The notes under the pieces are model-generated. The model searched no databases. It saw nothing but the letters and a program-made list of their open reading frames with translations, and was not told where the DNA came from. From an uncultured Chloroflexia bacterium (GTDB lineage Bacteria > Chloroflexota > Limnocylindria > Limnocylindrales > CSP1-4): a DNA stretch of 64,000 nt. The stretch covers positions 128,001 through 192,000 of the forward strand of contig CAVYIM010000009.1 of NCBI GenBank assembly GCA_963768655.1. Reading direction: 5' to 3'. The first letter of the stretch is position 1, and each line of letters begins with the position of its first letter. This document shows positions 39,003 to 48,778 of this stretch, piece by piece. The position numbers were made by a program, and so were the translations under genes.

Positions 39003-39569
39003 ATGTTCGGCTCGTTCAATCCGGTGCAGGAGCTGCCGCTCACCCTCGTGACCGACAGGCTGGTCATCCAGGGGACGATCCTGACGCGCGTCCGCCGTCT
39101 CACTGACCTGGTCAACGAGCCCGATACGGCTCACCTGGTCCTCCAGGACGCCACGTTCATGGAGGTCGGCTCGCGACGCGTGGTGGCCAACGGGGGCTCG
39201 GCGCAGGTCCGGCTGAGCGACGTGCTGTTCGTCCATTCGAACGGACCGACCCAATCGGCGTCGAACATGCGGATGCCCAAGCAGCCGGTCAAGGCGACGC
39301 TGCTGCTACCGCCATTCACGGTCGAAGGCACGATCCACCTGCCGTACGAGTCCGAGCTGCGGATCGCGCTGGACGCGTACGGAGATCGCTTCCTTCCCGT
39401 CACGGGCGCCAGGTACTGGGCCTACGGTGTGGCCGAATCGCCCAACTACGTGGACCTGCTCGTCGTCAATCATGCCCGCGCTCACGTCTGTGTCGCGGCA
39501 GATGCCCAGTGGCACGGCGAGGTCGGTCCCGCGCACTCGGACTCCGACGGCGGTTCGAACCCCTGGTAG
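39003..39569 (+). CDS. Hypothetical protein with two tandem DUF6812-like domains
   Basis: Halves share (I/V)(Q/E)GTI...RL/LR..L(N/D)...(L/F)..(D/G)A pattern; TATCCT 6 nt before ATG. Confidence 0.6.
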   Translation: MFGSFNPVQELPLTLVTDRLVIQGTILTRVRRLTDLVNEPDTAHLVLQDATFMEVGSRRVVANGGSAQVRLSDVLFVHSNGPTQSASNMRMPKQPVKATLLLPPFTVEGTIHLPYESELRIALDAYGDRFLPVTGARYWAYGVAESPNYVDLLVVNHARAHVCVAADAQWHGEVGPAHSDSDGGSNPW

Positions 39570-39691
39570 GCCGGGGCGCTCCGCCCTGCCGCGCCGTCGC
39601 GCCCGCGCGACGCGAGCCCGAGCCGCCGAGGCGACACCGAGCCCGCGCGACGGCACAGGCGCACGCCGCCGACCAACCGCGGCCACGCGCC

Positions 39692-40540
39692 CTACCGGTC
39701 GATCGGCAGATCCAGCCGGTCGCCCCATTCGGCCCACCCGCCGTCGTAAACGGTCACGTCCTGGTGACCGATGAGGGCCAGCGCGAAGGCCAGCTTGCAC
39801 GCCCCGATGCCGGTCGCGTCGTAGCAGATCAGGCGCCGCCGGGCGTTGACGCCAGCCCGCCGAAGCAATGCCCAGAGGTCCTCCGCCGGCCGGAAGCGGC
39901 CCGTGCGCGGCTCGGTCGTGGCGGCCGCGGGGACGTTGAACGCGCCGGGGATGTGACCCAGCCGGCGCGTCGTTCCGGCGTGGCCGGCATATTCCGACGG
40001 CGTTCGGGCATCGAGCAGCTGGATGTCCTCCGAGCCGAGCAGGTCGCGCACCTCGGCCGCGCTCAACCGCAGGCGTGACTCCATCCGCGGCGTGAACGTT
40101 GTCGGCGAGCGCATCTCCAGGGCCGTGGACACCGGCTGCGAGAGGGCCCTCCAGCCCTCAATTCCGCCCATCAGGATTCGTGCCGAGTCGAAGCCGTAGA
40201 CCCGCAGGCTCCACCACGCCCGAGCCGAGTAGGAGTTGCCGGTGTCGTCGTACAGCACCGCAACCATGCCGTTGCCGAGCCCGACTCGGGCCATCGCCGC
40301 GGTTACCCGCTGCGGACCGGCCAGGAGCAGGATGTTGCTGTCATCGTCGGGCTCGACCAGGTCGGCGCGCCAGTCGAGGTATGTGGCCCCGGGAATGTGG
40401 CCGGCGGCATATACGCGCCGCCCGGAGCCGTCCGGCCGCCAGCGAGCGTCGAGAACCTGGAAGCCGGGCCGGGCGATGTTTTCGGCCAGCCATTCGGGCG
40501 TCGCCAGCAGCTCCGGTCGCCGGTATCCGATGATTCCCAA
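39692..40540 (-). CDS. Tandem-domain rhodanese/sulfurtransferase family protein with active-site Cys replaced by Asp
   Basis: LDARW, YAAGHIPGA, RAWW, LLDART..EY.G, GHIPGA, VYDGGWAEW; C-domain loop reads YDATG; SD GGGAGG before TTG. Confidence 0.88.
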   Translation of the reverse strand: MGIIGYRRPELLATPEWLAENIARPGFQVLDARWRPDGSGRRVYAAGHIPGATYLDWRADLVEPDDDSNILLLAGPQRVTAAMARVGLGNGMVAVLYDDTGNSYSARAWWSLRVYGFDSARILMGGIEGWRALSQPVSTALEMRSPTTFTPRMESRLRLSAAEVRDLLGSEDIQLLDARTPSEYAGHAGTTRRLGHIPGAFNVPAAATTEPRTGRFRPAEDLWALLRRAGVNARRRLICYDATGIGACKLAFALALIGHQDVTVYDGGWAEWGDRLDLPIDR

Positions 40541-40595
40541 GCTCGACCCTCCCACGAGATGGGACTGCGCGTTCCGGCCTCTATCATACGGAGCC

Positions 40596-41840
40596 ATGGT
40601 CGGCCCATTCCTCCCCGACGACGAGAAGCTGCCCGCGATCCGCGAGGCTCTGCCGGCGACGGCCGCGGGCATCTACCTGAATACGGGCTCCTGCGGGCCG
40701 CTGCCGCGCGAGACCGCCCGGGCGATGGCCGAGCTGGAGGGCATCGAGCTGCGGACCGGCCGGGCCGACATGGCGTACTGGCAGGACTCGGCCGAGCGTA
40801 TGAACGAGGCCCGCGCGGCCGTCGCCGCGGTGCTCGGGACCGAACCGCGCCGGATGGCGTTGACCCATGCCACGACCGACGGCATGAACGTGGCGACATG
40901 GGCGATCGACTGGCGGGCGGGGGAGAGGGTGGTCACGACGTCGCTCGAGCACTCCGGCGCGCTGGGGCCGCTGTGGGCGTTGCGCGACCGCCGCGGAGTC
41001 GAGCTGGCCATCGCCGACGTCGGCAGCGGCGGCGACCCGGCCGAGGTGCTCGGCGCGCTGGATCGGGCGATCACGCCACAGACGCGGCTCGTCGCCCTCT
41101 CGCACGTGACGTGGGCCACCGGCGCCCGCCTCCCGATCGCGGAGATCGTCGAGCTGGCGCATTCGCGCGGCGCTCTCGTCGCGGTCGACGGCGCGCAGGC
41201 GGTCGGCGCGATCCGAGTTTCGGTCGAGGAGCTTGGCGCGGATTTCTACGCCGTGCCGGGCCAGAAGTGGCTGCTCGGCCCCGAGGGGACGGGCGCGCTC
41301 TACTGCGCGCCGTCGGTGCTGGATCGGCCGCGCCTCACGTTCGCGGGTTACGCCGCCTTCGAATCGCTCGACCTGGCCGCCAAAGGAAAGCTCTGGCCCG
41401 ATGCCCGACGCTTCGAGATTGCCGGCTACCACCAGCCTTCGATCCTCGGTTTCGCCCGAAGCACGGCCTGGCTGTCGATGTACGTCGGCCTGGATTGGAT
41501 CTTTGAGCGCGTCGCCCGGCTGGCCGGCGAGGCGGCGGCGATGCTGGCGGAGGTCCCGGGCGTCGAGGTCGTCACGCCGCGCGACCGCATGGCTGGCCTC
41601 GTGACCTTCCGCATCGCCGGCTGGAAGGCCGGCCCCGCCCTGGGCGAACTGTCGAAGCGGACCCTGTGCATCGCCCGCACGATCCCGCCCCTCGATGCCA
41701 TCCGTATCAGCGTCGGCTTCTACAACACAGATGCGGAGCTGCGCCGCTTCCGCGACGGCGTGGCGCTCGTCGCCGCTCACACTCCCGAGTCGATCCCGCA
41801 ACGGCCCACCATCCAGGTACTGCGCGGCGGGCTGGAGTAG
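40596..41840 (+). CDS. Class V PLP enzyme, cysteine/cystine lyase (C-DES/EgtE-like)
   Basis: YLNTGSCGP, LSHVTW.TG, VDGAQ, PGQKWLLGPEG, IRISVGFYN; no IscS/SufS catalytic Cys loop. Confidence 0.85.
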   Translation: MVGPFLPDDEKLPAIREALPATAAGIYLNTGSCGPLPRETARAMAELEGIELRTGRADMAYWQDSAERMNEARAAVAAVLGTEPRRMALTHATTDGMNVATWAIDWRAGERVVTTSLEHSGALGPLWALRDRRGVELAIADVGSGGDPAEVLGALDRAITPQTRLVALSHVTWATGARLPIAEIVELAHSRGALVAVDGAQAVGAIRVSVEELGADFYAVPGQKWLLGPEGTGALYCAPSVLDRPRLTFAGYAAFESLDLAAKGKLWPDARRFEIAGYHQPSILGFARSTAWLSMYVGLDWIFERVARLAGEAAAMLAEVPGVEVVTPRDRMAGLVTFRIAGWKAGPALGELSKRTLCIARTIPPLDAIRISVGFYNTDAELRRFRDGVALVAAHTPESIPQRPTIQVLRGGLE

Positions 41841-41956
41841 GGGCCGCCCAGGCGCGCGGCGCCGGGTCGGCAATTCCGGCTAGCCGGGCCGCCGGCCGGC
41901 GGCGACGGGGATTCTGCGCCGCCGAGCCCGCCTGCTGGTGTACCATCGGGCCCGGC

Positions 41957-42032
41957 GGGGGAGTAGCTCAACGGTCAGAGCACGGCTCTTATACAGCCTC
42001 GGTTGGAGGTTCGAATCCTCCCTCCCCTACCA
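41957..42032 (+). tRNA. tRNA with UAU anticodon (tRNA-Ile, AUA-decoding)
   Basis: Cloverleaf: acceptor GGGGGAG/CTCCCCT, D stem GCTC/GAGC, anticodon arm CGGCT-CTTATAC-AGCCT (TAT at 41990-41992), T arm GGAGG-TTCGAAT-CCTCC, A73, encoded CCA; -10 TACCAT at 41941. Confidence 0.92.
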
Positions 42033-42175
42033 GCCGCCTGAAGGCGGCGACGCCACCACGGCCCCATTGCGAACGGCCGAGGGGCGACTCACAGCGACGA
42101 TGGCCGAATGATGGGCCAAGCTGCCACTCTGGCTGAGCTGGCCCAAGGCATCTTGCGAGCCAGGACGCAGCCTTC

Positions 42176-42928
42176 CTACGACACGCAGGCGGTGTCAAGC
42201 TGCGCTCCGCTGCCGGCGTCAAGCCACACGACGCACGGCCAGCTCTCGCCATCGGGCTGTACCTTCGCGTAGTCGAGCCGCCAGGCCAGCCGGAAGGTCT
42301 GACTGCTCGGCGGTTCGAGCGCCCAAACAAGCTCGACCCGGTTGGGCTTTCCTCCGGCCACCTTCCTCGCCTGCGCTTCGCTGATCAGGTGTGCGGGTGC
42401 TGCTTCCGTCGGGCCGAGTGTTCGCGAGAACGACAGAACCGTACCGTACGCGTCCATGTCGAGCCGAATGGCGGGGTAGCTCGGGTCGATCGGGAAGCCT
42501 TCGATGCAAGTTGGGGCGGGGCAAGACTGTCCGGGCCGACTGGCCCAGTCCCCCTCCCAGCCCGCATCGGTGGGTTCCTGCCAGACGGAGTCGGGAGCAC
42601 TCAAGCCGACGAGCGCGCCGATCTTCGTCGCGCGCGCCCGTGCAGACGCCTCATCGAGCTGTGTCGGCGAAGGCGCGACAGCGATCTGATAGACCACGGA
42701 CGAATCAGTCGTGGTGGTCTCTACAAGGATCGGTTCGGCGGGCAACGTTGGAGTGGCGGTCGGCGTCGGCAGTGGCGCCGCAGTCACGGTCGGTGATGGA
42801 TATGCCGTCGCCTTCGAGGACGGACCTGCCGTAGGCTCAGTTAGGGTCGCACTCGCGACGGCGCCCGAGCACCCGGACACGAGCACGCACGCAACAACCA
42901 GAAGATCGAGGCGATGGCCCTTCGACAT
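42176..42928 (-). CDS. Hypothetical lipoprotein
   Basis: SD GGGAGGG, lipobox VSGC, Pro/Thr linker, C-terminal PepSY-like AWRL...VWLDAGSG. Confidence 0.6.
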   Translation of the reverse strand: MSKGHRLDLLVVACVLVSGCSGAVASATLTEPTAGPSSKATAYPSPTVTAAPLPTPTATPTLPAEPILVETTTTDSSVVYQIAVAPSPTQLDEASARARATKIGALVGLSAPDSVWQEPTDAGWEGDWASRPGQSCPAPTCIEGFPIDPSYPAIRLDMDAYGTVLSFSRTLGPTEAAPAHLISEAQARKVAGGKPNRVELVWALEPPSSQTFRLAWRLDYAKVQPDGESWPCVVWLDAGSGAQLDTACVS

Positions 42929-43248
42929 TCGCGCCCTCCCGCGCCGCTCTGAACGGCGTTCCGACGTCCAGGCCTCGGACGCGGTGACGATCACCCCCAA
43001 CCGAAGACGTGTGCTCGCAGCGGCGCCCCTGGGCGCGGTGGGCCGGCTCAGTGTAGGCTGATCCGGCTCTGGATGGCGCCCGCTGGTCGGTTCGCATACC
43101 GACCACTCTGTTCTACCAGCCTTCGGACCAGTGTCAGGGCCGGCGCCCATCACCTCAGGCGAGCTGGCGATCGCCCGTCACGGTGTGACGGGCGGCGCAC
43201 TGGATCTGCCCTCCACCCTCGTCCATTACCGCGTTCCCAGAGCACCGC

Positions 43249-43896
43249 TCAACTCGGGCTGGCAGCAGGCTCCGGGTCCAGCTTGATGCTGTCGACGAAT
43301 GCTTCGACCTGGGCCTGCATCGGCGCCAGGTCGGGACCGCGGAAGATGGCGCTGACGCCGTATATCGTCTCGCCGGGCCCGGGGCGTCCGATCATCCAGT
43401 AGGTGTGCACGTCGACGAGATCGGATGGCGACGCCGGGATGTTCTGCTTGACGACGAGCCAGTCGCCGACACTCTTGACGTCCAATTCAGGGGATTCGAA
43501 GGCGCCGATGTCGATCGGAGTGGCCGAGCCGGTTGAGATGCTGACCGCCAACTGGTTCGGATCGAGGTGGCAGCAGATCGGAACCAGCGCAGTGGAGTCG
43601 CCGTTGGTAAAGCCCGCGAGGAAGAAGAGCGGCACGACGTGCCAATCGGCCGGGTAGTAGAAGGACAGGCCGTAGCCCGATCCCGAGAGGTGGTCGTAGA
43701 TGAGCGCCGGCGTCGGGCCTGCGGTCGGAGCGGCCGTGAGCGATGGCGATGCGGTGGCGGCGGTTCCAAATTCGCGCGGGCTGGCAGGCGCCGGCGACGT
43801 GCACGCCACAGCCACCGCGGCGATGAGCGCAACACAGATTGCCGAGCGGGCGACCCGGGTCGAGCCGCCTGCCGTCACGGAGCCGCGATCGAGCAT
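43249..43896 (-). CDS. Hypothetical lipoprotein (PsbP-like SFYYPADW segment)
   Basis: Lipobox-like AVAC, Pro/Thr/Ala linker, YGLSFYYPADW, ending FVDSIKL. Confidence 0.55.
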   Translation of the reverse strand: MLDRGSVTAGGSTRVARSAICVALIAAVAVACTSPAPASPREFGTAATASPSLTAAPTAGPTPALIYDHLSGSGYGLSFYYPADWHVVPLFFLAGFTNGDSTALVPICCHLDPNQLAVSISTGSATPIDIGAFESPELDVKSVGDWLVVKQNIPASPSDLVDVHTYWMIGRPGPGETIYGVSAIFRGPDLAPMQAQVEAFVDSIKLDPEPAASPS

Positions 43897-44175
43897 CCTG
43901 GGACCAGGTCGCTCGATTGAGGTCTCGATTGAGGTAATGATCGAGCCGGGCATCGTCTCCGCCCCCGTCAGGTCGACTTGTCGTTGGCGCCGTCAACGAA
44001 GATACGCCCCGAGCCTCGGCCTGGATCGCCGCTTCTCCGGCCTCGGTGCCTTCCGACCCGCCTCAGAGATCAGTGCCCGGCCGGTCGCATCAGCAACTCG
44101 GACGCAGCCCGGCGTCACGCGCGCCCCCTCGAATGGTCATCCTAAGTTCGTTCCGATGATGGAGGATGACGGCCC

Positions 44176-45054
44176 GTGGGAGCTAGAGCGAAAGTCGACA
44201 AGGGGCGCGGTTCGGCAGCGCTGTCGGTGTTCGGGGCGCTGATGGTTGCCGCAGCCGTCGTCGGATGCTCCACGGCTGTTGCGACACCCTTACCGTATCC
44301 CTCGGCCGTTGCCAGCGCGGCCAACACGGCGAGTCCAAGTCCGGGCGGATCTGGGTCTCCGAGCCAGCCCCTTTCGATCAACCCGCTCTACAGCTGTGGT
44401 GTGAGTGGTCCTCGGTTCAGCCCCGACGTTCTTGACGGCCCGGCTGACGCAGAGAGTGGCACGGACGGTGCCGCGGCGGCGCTCCGTGCCGCGATCGCTG
44501 GGCCACCGAACACGGATTCGACGGCCGCAGGCGGCTTGCCAGCTGCAGGCTGGCTCAGGGTATTCGACAGCGGGAACGAGGTCTTGTTCCTCGCACCGGC
44601 TGTGAACAAGGCGTATGGCTACGACTCGGTCCAAGCGACCCGCTCAGACTCCACCTGGACGACATCCGTTAGCTTCTGCTGGGTTGGCCCCGATGACGAG
44701 ACCTACATCGGTGTGGGCTGGGAACTGGCGGCACGTCCGGACCCGCAGAGCACCACCGTGCAGGTGCTACTCAACGTGTCTGATCCCCCTTGCGGCACTC
44801 TGCTCGGTTGGACGATCAAGGATTCGCCGACGAACGTTGTGATCACTTCTTGGGCGCATCGGCCACCGCCGGTCGTTACCGCCTCCGGCCCGGTTGCTAT
44901 GGGATGCGCGTTGCCGGACGACTACCTGCTCACGGTCGTCCAGCTGGCCGAGCCACTCGGAAATCGAACGCTGTATGACGGCGCCTCCTACCCGCTACAT
45001 CCTGCGACGGTGGCTTCCGTGCAGATCCAGCCCTACGGGACCTGGCAGCCGTAG
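44176..45054 (+). CDS. Hypothetical lipoprotein
   Basis: SD GGAGG, VVGC lipobox, C-terminal VQLAEPLGNRTLYDG. Confidence 0.6.
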   Translation: MGARAKVDKGRGSAALSVFGALMVAAAVVGCSTAVATPLPYPSAVASAANTASPSPGGSGSPSQPLSINPLYSCGVSGPRFSPDVLDGPADAESGTDGAAAALRAAIAGPPNTDSTAAGGLPAAGWLRVFDSGNEVLFLAPAVNKAYGYDSVQATRSDSTWTTSVSFCWVGPDDETYIGVGWELAARPDPQSTTVQVLLNVSDPPCGTLLGWTIKDSPTNVVITSWAHRPPPVVTASGPVAMGCALPDDYLLTVVQLAEPLGNRTLYDGASYPLHPATVASVQIQPYGTWQP

Positions 45055-45109
45055 TACCAGCGACTCAGCCAACCGGCCAGTGTTCGGGAGGTAACCTCGA
45101 CGTTGAGGC

Positions 45110-46154
45110 GTGGAGCGGGAGAAGGCGTTGGACGAGCTTGTGGATCGGGCAATCCGTGGCGATGCTGCTGCGGCCAGGGTCCTAGAGGACACTCTCGATC
45201 GCCTGGCCTGGCGGTCAGCGACGGGTGACTTTCCATCGAAGCCTCCGTCAAGCGGCGATCTTGCCTGGATCGATACTTGCGTCAGGCTGCGGCGCGACCG
45301 CAAGTTCTCAGGCAGGGCCGCGACAGTCCTGTCCAATCTGTCGCCCGGCGAGATCGATACTGCCCGCCGACGGGTGCTCGCGGCGCCGCCTCCACCGCGC
45401 AATCGGCCCCTCGTGCCAGGTGAACTGCTGGCCCGCTACCGCCACGGAGACCACGAAGCTGTCTGGTCCGAACTCGCCCAACTTGGAGCCCTTCGATCGG
45501 ACTCGGAACGGCAAGAGGCCGCCGCAGTTGCTGGCGAGACGATGGCCGTCGCGGCCAGAGCGATCGATGAACTTGTTCGTCGACTCGGGAATATCGACTA
45601 TCCACTGCGGGCTCGGGCACGACATCGTCCCGTCAGCGCCAAGTCAATCGGGCGCCTCGCGAAGGTATGCCGCGGGCCGGTCGCCGTTTCGCTGGCCGCT
45701 TTCTGGCAGGTCGTCGGCGGAGTCGATCTGGCTCCGCAAGCCGACAGTCCGCTCCCAAGCTGGTGGCCGACCGAGGTACCGCCTGAAATGGTCGACCCTC
45801 TCGTGGTGGGCCAGCTGGACGAACTCTGGTCTGACATCGACGAGTGGAACGAAATCTCGCGCGGAGTTGGGTGATGCCAGCGACCGCCCGAGGCTGGAGC
45901 TTGCGATCGCACCGGACCGCTACCACAAGGTGAACATCAGCGGGGGAGGGGCCTACTCCATTGAGCTGCCCGACGCCTCGGCAGACGCGCCAGTTCTGCG
46001 CATCGACTACGTCGATCGAGATCCGCTCTTCGTCTCGTATCTTCGCGGAGCTGTGAGGGCTGGAGGGTTCCCTGGCGTACTCGCCTCCGGCACCGTCGGA
46101 CCGGAATGGACCCGGATCATCGCCGAGCTAACCGACGGGATTGAGGCGTTCTAG
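45110..46154 (+). CDS. Conserved hypothetical protein, possibly SUKH/SMI1-KNR4-like; frameshift near 45870
   Basis: Y..G.HEAVW.EL, GP...SLAAFW..VGGVDL, then in next frame APDRYHKVNISGG, FVSYLR, GGFPG. Confidence 0.55.
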
Positions 46155-46393
46155 CTTCCGGCCCGAAATCGACAGCGACCGCCGGATCGTCCCGGCCAGC
46201 CGGTTCGCATGCCGACCACTCTCTTCTCGTCTCTGCCTTACCACGTCCCGTGGCGGCGGCCGATGTGATCTCGTGGCCGACGTCGCGACGCGGCGTTCGC
46301 AACCGCCTGATCCGACAGGAGGCATCGTTCGCATACTGACCAGACGTGGTGCGACGGCGGTCGCGATGGCCAGGGTGGAGAGAGGAGGGGGCG

Positions 46394-47682
46394 ATGGACG
46401 AATTGGCGGCACCCACCGATCCTGGCCGGGCAGGAAGGTTGCCTCGCAGCCGCCGCGTCGCCGGGGCGCTGATCGGGCTGGCCGTAACGGTGGCCCTCGT
46501 TCTCGCATTGCTGGCAATCGCCGGTGGCCGAGTGGCACAAGCCCCGCTCGCGCCTACCCAGGGCATCGACTGGCAGTCTGCGACCCGGGTGGCTGCAGGC
46601 AGATGGGATTTCGGGCCGTTCCTTGCCAGCGCAGGCGGCCGCCTGTTTATGGTCGGCCAAGGGCATTCGACGGCCACGCCAAGCGGGAGCGGCATCGTCC
46701 AGTCCATTGGGCCGATCACCGTCTGGTCTTCAGCCGACGGCCTCACTTGGGATCAGGTCTCGGAGCCGGGTTCCTTCGAGGCGAGCACATCCAGGTTCAG
46801 TCCGCTGGCCTTCTCGGACGACGGCAACGGTGGCCTGATCGTTGTTGGCAATACCGCCGTAGGAAAACGACTTGCAGCCCGCGATGGCGTGGCACTCGTC
46901 GGATGGTCGGACCTGGACCCAGGAGCAGATCGCGTCAGACCCGGCTCAGGTGCTTGGCGTCGCGGCCCGGTCCGGTGCTGTGGTTGCCTTGGGGCAACTC
47001 GTGACTAGCACTTCCGTGGTCGCCGGAGAGATCCGGTCAGCCACCGAGCTTGCCGCTTGGTACTCAGCCGACGGCATCGTCTGGAGCCAGGCTATCCTGC
47101 CCGACTCGGCGGGCTACCTTCCGAGCGCCGTCACGGCCTGGAAGGATGGTTTTGCGGCGGTCGCTTACGACGAGGGCCCGGGAACGACGGACTCCACCGC
47201 GTGGACATCGACTGACGGACGCACCTGGGAGAAGGCGCCGACGCAGCTCACCGGTTTCGGTGCGAGCGCCATGACCGCTCTCGGCGACCGAGTAGTTGTC
47301 GTGGGAAGCGTCGGCCTGTCGCCGGCCTCGTGGTCTTCCACGGACGGCCGAGCGTGGGTTGAAATCGATGGCGCCTGCGAGGGACCCGGCCACGGCGTTC
47401 AGCGACGTGACGATCGTCGGCGAATCCCTGGTGGGAATTGGCGTAAGCCAACAGACTCTTCCCGCAAGTGCGCCGCCTTCGAATTGGACCCCACCCCCGC
47501 CGCCTCTGGCGAGCGTTTGGGTCTCAACCGACGGTCTGACCTGGCGACTCCTTGCCGAGGATCCTTCCTTGACGTTCGGTGGCGCGCACAACACCTATAT
47601 CGCTAACTCAGGCGACCGCATCGTCGTTGCCACGCAGGGGGCCAACGCAGTCGAAGTCTTCGTCGGTGACTTGGTGAAGTGA
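46394..47682 (+). CDS. Membrane-anchored Asp-box (BNR) beta-propeller protein; two frameshifts
   Basis: SD GAGGAGG; TM anchor; repeats WSSADGLTW, WHSSDGRTW, WYSADGIVW, WTSTDGRTW, WSSTDGRAW, WVSTDGLTW spread over three frames. Confidence 0.75.
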
Positions 47683-47762
47683 CCGCGCCTCCGCAGCCAC
47701 CCGCACCTGGGGCTGCCCGAGTCGCGGCCGCTCGGGCAATGGCTGAACGAGGCGTACTGAAC

Positions 47763-48467
47763 TTGACGAGAGCCGTCATCTGGGACTTCGACGAGACGCT
47801 GGCACGCCGCTCGGGCGCCTGGCGGCACATGCTGATCGACGCCCTTGACGCGGAGTCGCCAGGGCACGGCATCACCGCTGCGGACGTGGAGCCGGGGCTC
47901 AGGCACGGCTTCCCCTGGCACGACCCGGATCGGGCACACCCGGAGCTGTCCGACCCGGACCTGTGGTGGGCCAACCTCCGGCCCGTGCTGCGCGGAGCCC
48001 TGGAGCAGGCGGGGGTGAGCAAGCCGATCGCCGAAAGGGCGGCGAGCAGGGCCCGCTCGGAATACGTCCGGCTCGATCGCTGGTCCGTCTTCCCCGACAC
48101 CGAAGCGGCGCTCGACCGACTCCGGCGAGCCGGCTGGCGCCAGGCCATCCTCTCGAACCACTGCCCCGAGCTTCCGGACCTCGTGCGCGGGCTGGGCTTG
48201 ACGGGCTACTTCGACGTCGTCCTGACATCGGCCACGATCGGGTTCGAGAAGCCGCATCCGGAGGCCTACGCCCGCGTACTGCGCGAGCTCGGGCATCCGG
48301 AGACCGTGTGGATGATTGGCGACAGCCCCGAGGTCGACATCGCCGGGGCTCGCCGGTGCGGCATTCCCGGCGTGCTCGTCCGCCGGCCTGCCCCCGGTTT
48401 CGGCTACGCGGCCGACCTGACTACCGCGGTCGAGATGATCGAGCGATCCGCCGCGAGCCCGGGCTAG
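47763..48467 (+). CDS. HAD family hydrolase
   Basis: Motif I WDFDETL, ILSN, EKPHP, MIGDS...DI.GA. Confidence 0.9.
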   Translation: MTRAVIWDFDETLARRSGAWRHMLIDALDAESPGHGITAADVEPGLRHGFPWHDPDRAHPELSDPDLWWANLRPVLRGALEQAGVSKPIAERAASRARSEYVRLDRWSVFPDTEAALDRLRRAGWRQAILSNHCPELPDLVRGLGLTGYFDVVLTSATIGFEKPHPEAYARVLRELGHPETVWMIGDSPEVDIAGARRCGIPGVLVRRPAPGFGYAADLTTAVEMIERSAASPG

Positions 48468-48778
48468 ACGGTTCAGGCTGGGCCGCGCCGAAGTTCGCCA
48501 TACGCCAACCGGGGTAGCACGCGACCAGGTGATCGGCGCCGCGCTCGGCTCGAATCGGCGATTGGGACCGAGCCCGCGGGCTGTCTGAGCGTGGGTGACG
48601 GGTTCCCGAGCACGCCCGACGGGCCAGGCCGGTCAGGAAGGCCTGCCATTTCGGTCTCGTGCTACCCGGGCTTGAATCTGACCAGAATGGCGCGCGCCCG
48701 GGGTCGCAGAGGCGCCGCGCCCGGGTCGCCTTGCGCTCAGGCCACACGCCGCCCTCGCCCAGCGGGCATCATTCGGGC

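Noticed and set aside
39815-39830. Selenocysteine at the rhodanese active site
   Set aside because: The codon is GAC (Asp), not TGA
40596-41840. Assignment as iscS or sufS cysteine desulfurase
   Set aside because: Lacks the SSGSAC or RxGHHCA catalytic loop; motifs fit C-DES/EgtE-like lyases
42033-47700. Integron cassette array or integrative element with attL/attR
   Set aside because: Genes are in mixed orientation; no convincing attC, integrase or repeated tRNA 3' end was seen
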